Below are positions 41,820-54,100 of a DNA stretch of 64,000 nucleotides, in pieces (position 1 is the first letter of the stretch; each line of letters starts with the position of its first letter). Origin of the DNA: Mytilus edulis (Eukaryota); NCBI RefSeq assembly GCF_963676685.1, contig NC_092349.1, positions 86,056,001 to 86,120,000 on the forward strand, in the 5' to 3' direction. The translations under genes and the position numbers were made by a program. The notes under the pieces are model-generated. The model was not told the origin of the DNA. It saw only the letters and a program-made list of their open reading frames with translations, and made no database searches.

Positions 41820-42080
41820 GGTCAAATAAAATAAAATGTGTGTTTCCTTTTACATCTCTGAAAAAAAACATAGGGTTGGTAGGCAGGTAGGTCATTGTAG
41901 GTAGGGAACATTTTTTTATTTAACAATTTTTTGTTCATTGTGTAAAGTGGAGAGAAATTCTTACTTTTAACAGCGCTTATTGAAAAAAGTCATTTTTTTT
42001 AAAAGTCTACAGGCTATTTCTAAGCTTAAAATAGAGGGTAGGTAGGGAAATATGAAACACACATACTTTTTTATTCAGCC
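41820..42080. mobile_element. MITE with 3-bp TAA TSD (Zator-like)
   Basis: GGTCAAATAAAATAAAATGTGTGTTTC versus reverse complement GGCTGAATAAAAAAGTATGTGTGTTTC; TAA on both flanks; interrupts an older interspersed repeat. Confidence 0.65.
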
Positions 42081-43227
42081 TAAGACAATGGCTGCATCAA
42101 GTCAGGAATATGACACTTGTTATCCATCTGTTTGATGTGTTTGAGCTTTTGATTTTGACATTTGACTAGGGACTTTCTGTTCTCAATTTTCCTCATAGTT
42201 GGATATTTTTGTGATTTTTTTTATACACCTTACAACCATATATACTAGGAATAGGATTGGACCCAGTACACTGCTCTGGGGGAACTCCTGATAGTACAGG
42301 TATTGTGTTTTATCTTCAGTTTTGGGGGACCACATGCTGTGTTCTGGTGAGTTGAAAATTCTCCAATCCAGCCGTGAAGACTAACCTGTATTCAGTCAGG
42401 GGACTTACTTTTAAATGAATGATTTTTTAATCACTGATTCAAGAAACATTGTCTCAACATTTAGTAGCCAACCATAACAATCAGAAGCATTCAGACATTT
42501 AGTTTACTTGCATCATAAATGAACAAGGTGTTAGATTATATGTACATTTGAATTCATATTAACCTAGGGTCATTTGTATAAATCAGCTCCCAAAATCTAT
42601 AGCGCCTTATATAATTACTTTTTCTCAATGATCACATGACAAATCTTTCAAAATGAAAGTTTAAATACCAGAATCGATGGATCACTGTGAAACCTGTCCA
42701 AATATGAGAAAATAAAGGTTGACAGGTAGATGAAACTTACATAAACGAAGAGATATATGAAAAATGAATAAATTGAGGCCAGATATATACAGTTCCAAGG
42801 AGGTCAGTTGGCCCCAGAAGCAACGAAACAGTGCATCCATTTTGGATGGGCAAATATCCATTTTTTGATATGGGATGAGTTCTGACATCCCATGGCCCCA
42901 ACTTGTCTGGCAAAACAGACCTTGTATCAGAGTAATCTGGACTAGTGATAGGATTGCTTCCTTTAGTAAATGATAATTGGTCAGCCGTAAGTAGTTGAGG
43001 TAAGGAAGTACTTCTTAACTCAGTCGGTATTCACACTGCCTTATAACCCAGAGGTCTTAGTGAAGACAAGCAATTTTGTGATCAGAAGCATGCTCTCTGG
43101 TTACATGGATAAGATTCAATTTTCATTGTAAATTATCATATATATAACACAAATTGTATCGCTATAAATCAGAAACCGTATCGTTCAACAAAATGATAAA
43201 TAATAAGTCTCTAGGCTTGTGACTTAC

Positions 43228-43400
43228 TATGATTCTACTATGATTTCTTCGGATTAATTTTGCAGACCACTTTTTTCAAGAGACGGTTAGGGTATGGGAA
43301 AGACATAAAGGTTTGAGGTTAAGAAAGTTGTTATAATTTAAGTTGAAACCCGGACCGGACATTACAACCCGGACTAAATATATACAAGCGGCGATTTTAA
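43228..43400 (-). promoter_or_regulatory. Putative non-coding first exon and promoter of MTO1
   Basis: Consensus donor GTAAGT (- strand) at 43227-43222; pyrimidine-rich acceptor CCTTTTTCAG near 41249, upstream of the ATG; CpG density rises immediately beyond this point. The transcription start is not directly visible. Confidence 0.5.
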
Positions 43401-43522
43401 AATCTTGAGGTATAGTAATTTTAAAGAACATTTTGTTCATCAATAGATAGTATATACCTGCAATACAAAATAAGAGATTCCTTGAGTGACTATGTTTTTT
43501 TTTTAATTTGGCTCAGGAAAAG

Positions 43523-43611
43523 CACAGGCACTTGTCTCAGAAATTTTATTCCCTATATACCTTAATATAACAAGGTATATAGGGGGAAATAATCTGAGAC
43601 AAGTGCCTGTG
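43523..43611. mobile_element. 89-bp fold-back MITE with 8-bp TSD
   Basis: CACAGGCACTTGTCTCAGA...TCTGAGACAAGTGCCTGTG; TSD AGGAAAAG (43515-43522 and 43612-43619). Confidence 0.88.
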
Positions 43612-46600
43612 AGGAAAAGGCTCGGAAAAGTTCGTTTCCATTGTTTCATCTAAGAAAGACGTAAATGAATATTTAAAAAAAAAAAAAAAGAAGAAAGGAA
43701 TTCAAATGTTGTTCCTGGGTTTTTTTAAATTAAAGTTGGAAAGTCACAAGAAGACAGTAACTTTTTTAAAGTCGTCATATACATGTAAGTACATTGCTGG
43801 TTCTACCTCTATTTTTTTTATAGATCTTAATATGAAAACAACGCGTATATCTAGAAGTACATTCAATGCTAGATAAATGTTTAAGCAGTTCCGTAGTCAA
43901 ATGTAATTATAAAACTTTGAAATTCTTTTAGTGCATATCACTAAATTTCACAGCTGGTTTTAAAATAATTACACGCTACATGTGTCATGGCTTTGTAGGT
44001 TTTCTTTCACTATACAGGCATAAAAACTGCTTTATATGGTTCTTAATTTAAAATTTACTGTTATTTTCAATGTCTTCGATTGAGGACTTTTGATTAATGT
44101 CATATTCTAGTTTGATTTCAACTCTTTCAGTTCCCTAGTCAAAACTATGTTGCACCATGAAATTCGATTACACAAGTCACTGATACTACCAAATATGACG
44201 GCCCAAGTTGTCATGAGAAAAACAGGATAGCAATGATTGCAATTGCGGAGCACCATGTATTACTTCTGCTTTATAAGGATTTGAATGGTCAAAGATTTGT
44301 TTTTGTTGGTGATCACACACATTTTCAAATACAAATAAACCAACGAAGACGTGTCAAGCAAAAACTATAAACAGAAAAAAGACCAAACAACAATTGTCTG
44401 TACACATGCACACACTAAAGGGTCTTCAATAATTGACCCCATTATTGTTCTACAACTTTTAAATAACAGGGCCATACAATGCAACATACGAAAAGGAGAA
44501 ATAGATATATAGTATGACGTTAAGCACGTTATTGCGTCAATGCCGTGAAATGCGGCAGAGCAATTTGATAAATAGCTCTTGTATGAAAACTAACTAGTTC
44601 AGCTTTATGGAATGTATATCCGTAGATTAGGCAGGTATTACTGTTTCCAAAAATATTAAAAATATTCTTTAACTTTTCATAATAATTTCAAATAATGATA
44701 CAAATATTACCAAAACGTCAAAAATATGCGTGTCAGACGTAACAAATTATTCGCAAAATAACTTTTGCGGGAATTTTTGTGGTCTAATAAAAAGTTTAAA
44801 ATCCGCGAAAATTCGCATGAATGATAAAAGTCTAATATAATTTATGATGCCATTGCTGTTTTTTGTGTTGATCGAACGGTAATTTTTTTTTTTTCAAAAA
44901 TGAATAATCCTCGCCATGGTCAGGTTTCTGAAAATGGTAAGTTATCAAAATTTATCGCTTTTTAAAATATCAGATGATATAAAATTTTGTTTTTATAAAT
45001 TATTCCTACAAATGTGCTTAGATAGACCATTTCAAATCCGGAATTTTACAGCACTCGCACCTCAAATAAAAACGCATTGGCCTCGGGAAAATGTCTTGCA
45101 AGATTGTCCAATGTCGAATTTCGCCGCTTTTTACAAAAACACTGTCAGTTTCAACGTCATTTTATTAAATATCCAATTTGTAGCATATAAGATAGTACTT
45201 TTTTGTAATTGTGCTTTCACCCCACAATACGATAACATACTTTTTGATAAGCTGTTAAGTCGAAATGACTTCGTTTTTTAACAAATCAAATGTCTTGCAA
45301 GTTTGTCCACTAAGCAATTTTCTTACGTTTTGAACGTTTTCGATTCGGGACGCTATACATATATATATTTTCAAATTATTTCTAAAAGTTTGTTCTTTGT
45401 TTTGGTGTTAAAAGTGTCTCATAAGTCAGTCATGGCTGGATACCGATATTTTAACTTCGATTTAAATTCTTATTTGTATTTTTACACTTATATTATTATG
45501 TATGATATTGTTCAGTATTGGTATGTGACACTATAATAAAATATTCTGTCTGTCTGTCTGTCTGTCTGTTAAACACCACATCATGTATAAGCGACATTTG
45601 TTGTATTTTATTGACCTATCATCAAAGGTATGAGAAGCCGGACATCAGGCGACCTTAAGTTAAAATAGTTGCAATAACTGTCGATTAGGATCGGAGTCGA
45701 ACAAATCTCGCTACGAGCGTATCTTAAAATTACCATGCTTTTTATCACTTTATATGAACTCATTTGGCCAATCATCCTCCTAGGCCATCGAATTTGAAAG
45801 CAGTTCGTATTATCATATGATATGTGAACGATATTTCATTGTTTTTAAATAACAAGTACGGTTCGATTTTATGTTTTAAGATCAGAGGACAAAACAAAAT
45901 AACCAAATTACAAATTTCGAAAATAGATAGAATCATAGAAACCACGATAAGAACTGCAATATATAAAAGTAGTTATAATCAAATAGAAAATGAATAATTA
46001 TCTAAAATGAAAAAAAAAACATATGGTAATTTGTCAATAAATAGGTAAAATATTAATTACAGACCAGAAGAATTTCATATCCGAGACAGAGAGAATTAAA
46101 TATTGTAAAGAGATAAAGAAACTAAAAAGAAAAGTGCAAAAAAATAAAAGTTACAATAAATATAAAGAAAAATACAACACAAGCCGAATCAGAAGTCCGA
46201 AAAGTTCATTTGCTTGCGTATCTACCAGTAGCAAATATTTCATACATATTCAAGACTTTGAAGTATCCAATTCGATCAAAAATGATTACAATCAAAACGA
46301 ACAAAGTATACTCGATTACTGACGTAAAACGTCAAATTTTGACGTTACCAATTGGGACGCAATATCGTGCGTAACGTCTAATATATGATTTACACTGAGA
46401 CATCTATCCAACAAAATCATACATTGCTATAATAATATGTGGTATGAGTGCCAATGACGCAACTTTCCATCCATGTCACAATTTGTAAAAGTAAACCATT
46501 ACAGGTCAAAATGGGGCCTTCAACACTGAGCCTTGACTGACACCGAACAGCAAAATATAAAGGGCCCAGAAATGACTTGTGTGAAACCATTAAAACAGGA

Positions 46601-48000
46601 AAACCATCAGTCTAAATTATACAAAAAACACGAGAAACGGGAAACCCTTATGAACCATATCAACAAACGACAACCACTGACCAAACGAAAACCACTGACC
46701 AACAGATCCTAATTTGTTTTGTTATAGATAAGATCGTTAGTTTTTCGTACGAATTGTTACTAATTTTTCATTTTTGGGCTTTTATAGCCGACTAGACGGT
46801 GTTTTTTTCTTTTCCCTGTTTGAGGATGTTCTGTTGTCTATGCATGCTTGCTTATATATATCCACTCCATTTGAACTCTGACTGATTGTTGTCTCTTTTG
46901 TAATAATACCCCAATTACTTATTTTTAGATAGTTTCAATAATTTTTCTTAAAAATGACACTTAAAAAAAGAGAGAATAAGAGCTTTTTATATATTAAGGA
47001 ATGCGTTTTAGTTAAATTTCGCTAAATATATGTAATTTGTTGTATTTGATTAGAAATGATTGAATTCATTTCCATGATACGCGGGTTATGTTCTTCACAT
47101 ATATTTAATGATGGTATAATACTAAGGATTGTACTTGCTATTCATATGATGAAGACATAATCTTTCAATCAGTTTAATTGAGGTCTGGAGCTGGCATGTC
47201 AGTAACTGCTAGTAGTCCTTTGTTTATTTATGTATCATAGTCATTTTGTTTAGTTTCTTTTGTTACCTATTTTGACATTGGACTCGGACTTCTTTTGAAC
47301 TGAGTGTTACGGTGCGTAATTGCTGGGTGTTTGTTTTTTCTACATTGGCTGTTCTTTGGTCGTGTTGTTGTCTCTTTGACACATTCTCCATTTCCAGTCT
47401 CAATTTTATTTTCATCATAGCCTTGATTGAAATTCTATATTTGCGCAAGACGCGTGCTTCGTCTACAAAAGACTCATAAGTCAATACATTCTAAAATAAA
47501 TCATAAAAAAAAATAATAATAAACAAAATATTTCATTTAAAAATAATTTTATAAGCCTGACTTAGGTCACGTACAGAAATATAGATGTTAGTTGAACAAA
47601 TATTGATTGTTTTAAACTTCATGTTTAATCTCTGACACGAAGATTTATAGTTTTAATAATATGTTTTAGCTAGCAATTGCAATATGTCTATAAACATGAT
47701 AAAGTCAAGTAAAACCTATACTGAAAAAACGCAGAACTATTCCTTTTCATGAAAGTATTTTTATTTTTAAATTTATAAATTTTCTCTATTTTTGTTTATA
47801 CTGATGGTAAACATCATTATGCTAATTCATCCTCGATCTTATTGAGATAATTCTACAATGGTCTACGCATGACGAACAAGGTCAAGTAAAAATACATTTT
47901 TTATCTGTGTACTAAACAATGTTTTGAGGTGAATATTTTTATGACTATTCGTAGTACTAGTGTATATGTATTATATATCCTTTTATGATAATATAATAAA

Positions 48001-48181
48001 ATGAGTATCATGTTAAGACGAAGTTTTCTATCTGGATTGAACAAATGGATATATATAAACAGCGCATACTGCTCTTCTGCATGGAATTTCACGGGAATCC
48101 AGTTGCAGTCAAAGAACTATGGTCATAATGTTCGGAAGCTTGGAACTGCTGCTGCTGCAACTTCAGACTTTGTCAAACCGG
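48001..48181 (+). CDS. hcp: HCP exon 1: putative mitochondrial targeting presequence (60 aa)
   Basis: [60 protein letters not shown] is R/K/S/L-rich with no acidic residue until D56. The phase-1 donor G|GTAGGT fits the exon 2 acceptor TTTCAG|AC (gives Asp then Met). Confidence 0.78.
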
Positions 48182-51100
48182 GTAGGTACTAAATACTGAA
48201 TATGAGACGCATATATAAATAATAAGTGTGACAGTGTATATGTAAAAATTGAATGTCCCCGTTTTTAGCATCGTTACACGATTAGGAACATGGGAAAAGA
48301 GCTGTCGATATTCTGATCAATCATGATCAACAAATATATAAACTCATCTATATATTATTAATAATAACTTTAACTTGATTAGAATTTTTTTTCATTATTT
48401 GTACAAACAAACAAACAAACAAACAAACAAACAAACAAACAAACAAACAAACAAACAAACTAATACCTTTATTAGAGTCTCTCCTCTTTAAAATATTTGA
48501 GTATACAACTGAATATAATATTAACAGACCAACTCACAAAAAAGCTACTTTAAAATGATTTATTTGAGACTGTAAAACACACATTAAAAATACATTTATA
48601 TTATACATATCATATATCAATACTCAAATTATTAAAATTACTTTCTACATTACATACACTATTAAAAACATTGCAAATCTGCATATTCTGGGCATTCTAA
48701 CAACACAATGTATGTTTCTTGTGTATATTATGTTTGCATTTTAACCCGTCAGGGATTGACCATTTTGCAATAAAGTTATGTATATATATATAAAAAGTGA
48801 AGTTAACATTTTTGTTAAAAAAAAATATTTAAACTTGAAGCAACATAAAGGTAAGGAACCCCTTAAGGTAATAACGCTCGCCAGTTTGATGAGTCGTTTG
48901 TTTGATAAATATACCTTGGGTAAAGAAAAAATGAAATAGAAAAAAAACGTCTTATTTGGAGTCAAAGTTTTTGTGTGGCCTGGTTTTGGTCTCTAGAATT
49001 TCATGTTCTCATACTCATATTGGATTCCGTTAGTTGGTAATTCTACTCTCAATATATATTGTTATATGGGCCGTGTAATTTGGTAAATAAAAGTAATTCA
49101 TTCTATTCTATAGTAGTCAATCGACAACCTGTTTAAAGTTTGTTGTAGAAAATGTAGGAAAGAGACGAGGTAGTAATGGCAAATGTGGCAAATGTGGCAA
49201 ATGTGGAAATTGATAGAAAATAAATAAAGCTGTACAAAATAAAAACTGATGCAACAAAAACAGGATTTACAAATTCAAATACCTTACTGTCCCTCTATCT
49301 TTTAAAAGTTTAATGCACATCAAGTTTGTGAAGTGTATTTAATATATATTCAAATTATTACACCAAGTGATAAACAAACTGTTACAGCATGTTAAAGTCG
49401 GTATGATAGAACGTAAATTACAATTTAAATGCGAACTGTATTCTGGTTGAATGCATTTTATCAAATATTCATCCGGGTAGATCAATCAAAATACCATTAA
49501 ATTAAACGCAGAACTGTTAAATCAGATTACCTATTCATCTTACCAAACCCTTCCCATAAAGTACTTTAGTTGAATATATACAGCATAGGGTGATGTAATA
49601 CGACAATAAATATCATTGCTTGAGATTAATATACCAAAATGAAGCTACATGTTGGGCTTCTAATAAAAGTTCATTTTTTACTGAAATTTCCTCGTAAGCT
49701 TATCTAATACACTGAATATGGAGGTTATCAAGTGATTTATCGATCCTTTTCTTATAAATCCTAATTATAAGCGTATACGTGCCAAGCTTCAGTCACGTAC
49801 TTGCACTATGCACATTTTGTACCATGACTTGACAATAAATTTTTCATTTCATCTATTTGAGTCACTTAAAAACAAATCGTTGAAGATTTCGTAATTTGAA
49901 AAATACAAGAAGCAGAGTTCTTTTTTTAACTAAACATAAAAGATACCTCGAAATAGCTATAATGGTGTAGTTTAAGTTTTCGCTAAGTTTTAAGTACAGA
50001 TAATACGATGGAACAGGTCCCAATTATTATATGAATAAAAATAAGATTGTCGTCATTGAAGCCTTAAAACATATTTTTGGTAAAAAATATTTTGCTGATT
50101 ATTTTCGATTTCAACTTGAATACAGATTTTGTTTAAGAGAAGATTTTTAATAAATAGGACAGACACCAAGTGATAGCAATTGCTCACAAATTTCCTACAG
50201 GACACGTGTTTAATTAAACCATACATGTATATTGGATTGTAGCACTCATACATATATTCGCAAAACTTCCAACTTTTTTTAACCCCTTTTTCATGTATAA
50301 TTAGTCAACAGAAAAGGGGGGATCAAAGATTGGTATAGTAACTATACAAATCATTGAACATATCAATAAGTCTTTGATAGCCAACAAATTTATTGTTTAT
50401 GTATTATTTTTGGTAAGTGCTCCAATGTGTAATGTCGGACTTCTTCTATACTACTAACATGACTAAAGGAAGAGACCTATTTCATTGAGCCGCATCTCCT
50501 TTGAAACCATACAAAGTCGGAAGTGATATGAAGTATAAATGTAGTGTTTTGTAATTCCCAAATTTGTCTTTGAAACAATCTTTTTCCACAGAAAACGCCA
50601 ATTTTTGAGAAATAACCCATTTCGGAGACCGTTATCGATCCGTGTCTTATAAGCTTTCAGTCGAAGTACTGCACGCGAAATTTAAGGTTTATGTACCCTT
50701 CTGTAGCCATTTTTGTACGATTTTTTCAAACCTCAATTGTATCAAAACTAAAGATATAATAAATAATAGAGATAGGCCATTTAGTACATGTTCCAAGGGG
50801 AAACTTGATGCAAAACATTATTTTTTACTGTTTCATTGCATTTGATAGAAAAAGAGGACTTTGTGGCAAATAAATCAAGATTTTTATAGAAAATCCACAG
50901 CCTTTAATACAGAGATTTTTGTTATAAAATTTGAAACATAAATTACTCACTTGATTTTCTATGATGTGCTAGTGTTTATTTTTTACAAAAAGTTCTAAGT
51001 AACCTGTAAATTCCAAAACACCTCGTGCTGAGTCACTAAAGTCGAGCGCACCCTAAAAGGTGTACTTGATTTTGGCCATATTTATACTTGTCTTAACCAA

Positions 51101-54100
51101 TAACTACATTTATAAACTTGTTTTAAGGAAATCAATGCTAGCACTGCATGCAATAATCCTATATCTATCAGTCATCAAATTGCCAAATATGAGAGTACAA
51201 GGATAAAGGCTGTGGATTTTCTATAAAAATCTTGATTTATTTGCCACAAAGTCCTCTTTTTCTATTAAATGAAATGGAACAGTAAAAAATAATGCTTTGC
51301 ATCAAGTTTCCCCTTGGAATATGTACAAAATGGCCTATCTCTATTATTCATTATATCTGTAGTTTTGATACAATTGAAGTTTGAAAAGTTCGTACAAAAA
51401 TGGCTACAGAAGGGTACATAAACCTTAAAAATTCTTTGTTTCAACACATGCCCAATTGTACCACGATTTCGCGGGTTTCATCTAGTGATATACAAATAAA
51501 CAAGTCATGTTATAAAACCAAAATATCTTAACACGGTTGCTTTACCCGAATATATGTTTAACATCGTTTCCCTTTACTAATTATATTGATTTATTGTATT
51601 TGTACTATTATTTCAGACATGTTTTGTTTCCAGTGCGAGCAGACCAAGAGCCGAAAAGGCTGTGTAACCGTAGGAGTATGCGGTAAAACGTCACAGGTAT
51701 CTGCACTACAAGATCTACTAATGTATGCTGTGCAGGGGTTGTCCATGTATGCCAATAGAGCTATTAAATCAGGCATCACTATGTCTAAAGAATGTGACCT
51801 ATTTATACAGCAAGCTATGTTTAGGTACATACAATATTCTTAAAGAAGATAGACATAAAGCATGGACAAAGAGAGGAATTTTTTCGATTAAATACAATTT
51901 GGGATAGATGAATTTGTTCTAAACATCGGATATGGGAATATACACAATAGAAAAGGATGACCATAATGAAAAAGAATAGATAAAAATGATATAAAATTAA
52001 AAAATAGATCAATTGAGTGATAAAATTTAAAGATTAGAAAAATAATTGTCCAACGAATCTTAATAGAGAAAATGGCCTAACATTATAGAATGCAAAAATG
52101 AAGACCTACCACCAAGACCCTCTTAACTGACACAAAGTCTCCTATGTCTATATAAATACTATCTATTTCTGCTATAAAGGCAAACGTGAATATAACTAGT
52201 CTAATTTAGAATTAACGCCCGTATAAAGCAGAAATAAAAAGTATATGTCTCATAAGTTCTGCATAGCGTAAGGTTACGACAGGGCATATATATTTGGTTT
52301 AAGGAGTGTAAGTTGTAATTGAGTCTGAGATCAATTAAGGCACCACGCAAATCCACACAATCTTTTGAAATGATAGCCATCGCGGTTAAGAGTCACTGTC
52401 TAAAGAACGAAATCATAGATGCTAGTATTTCAAAGTCTTTATATGGGTGTCTGCCTCGAGGTGCATACTTATTGTTCAGAATATTTAAACATAGGCAATG
52501 CATTTGTCTGTACTGACTTTTGCATTCTTTGTTTTTAAGCACCGAACATAAAGATAGGAATATGCAATATTTTCGTCGATAAAGCAATACTTGACACTAT
52601 GGGGATACACATTAAAATAATATCATTATTTATATATTAAACTACTTTATTGCCTGCTTGAGACTACTATTTGCTCTTACTTTACAGCACATTGACAAAT
52701 GTGAACTTTGACCAGGATCGCTTTCCGGAATATATCAAAACTGCAATCAAACATCGCGATGCCATCAAGAAAATTATGGAGGAAAAATCATCGCAAACTC
52801 TTGACGAAAAACTCAAGCATGGTCCTGCTAGCTGGGTTCCAGAATCATATGATTTGACATATTTAGAAGACGAAGGTAAATTACTAAGGCATGCTACGTA
52901 CTGATACTAATTTAAGTCTTGTCAACGATTTACAATGGAACTAAGTTTTTGTATTTGCGGAGGTTAAGCACAGGCACTTTGTCTCTGAAAAACAATAATC
53001 CATATATAACCATTTATTAAAGTATATCAATCTAATTAAAAACCGATATCTCATCGCTCCCGTTTTCTGATATGTCGGGACGCGACACATCAGAAAACGG
53101 GAGCGATCAGAGATCGGTTTGACATATCAGAAAACGGGAACGATGAGAGATCGGTTTTTAATTAGATTGAAGGTATATAGGATTTTTTTCTGAGAAAAGT
53201 GCCTGTGGTTTGTGATTGAGATTGGTTCGGTACCACTACCAACTGACTTTGTTATAGAAAATCATGTAAATTTGAGACGTGTTCACTTATCGAAATAAAA
53301 TATGTATTACATGGTAATCAAGAAAAAGACTTGAGTATAAAAACAACGCGAAACACCGTGTGATCTTTGTTGTGACATGCTTAGCTCGAGTAAGTGAGGT
53401 CTTAAGCTGTAATCCAACCTTGGTCAAATCAGTTGTATTATCAATGCTGCTCCATCGAAAACTCGGTAACTACGATTATAAATAAGAACAAATATTGTTT
53501 GGCTTCTTGAGTCATTAGCCAAAGGATTGAAGGGTGATATCCCACCTGTGGCCTATTGCAATTTAAGATACGTGCATTTTTAAAAGTTCGACTCAGTGAG
53601 TTAGTACAAATGTACCACACGAGAAACTCGGCAGCTTTCCCTACTTAAAAACAAATAATAATACAGAGAAGTTTTATTCGTTTGATATTAAAATGCCATC
53701 TTCAAGAATAATTATGCACGTATTTACGGCTTGAAATAGAACAGTCATCATTTATTCATGATCACCAGTTGACCAAGTTAAATCTTTAAAAACGTGCTGT
53801 CAATCTGTGGTCAATCGGTAGACGGTTGACTTCTAAGTATCATTTTCCTACTATAAAATTAAGAATGGAAATGGGGAATGTGTAAAAGAGACAACAACCC
53901 GACCAAAGAGCAGAAATCAGCCGAAGGTCACGAATGGGCCTTCAACACAGCAAGAAAAAACCCCACCTGCAGGCGGGCTTCAGCTTTTTATGTCTATGAC
54001 AAAAGACCTCGAAATTTTCTTTATAAAAATCTTATGTAGGCGAAACGCGTGTCTTAGTTGATATAAACAGTACTTATTTTTTTTAAAAATCTTACATTAA

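Noticed and set aside
50642-51447. Pair of near-identical small ORFs on opposite strands
   Set aside because: They are a by-product of the inverted arms of a MITE.
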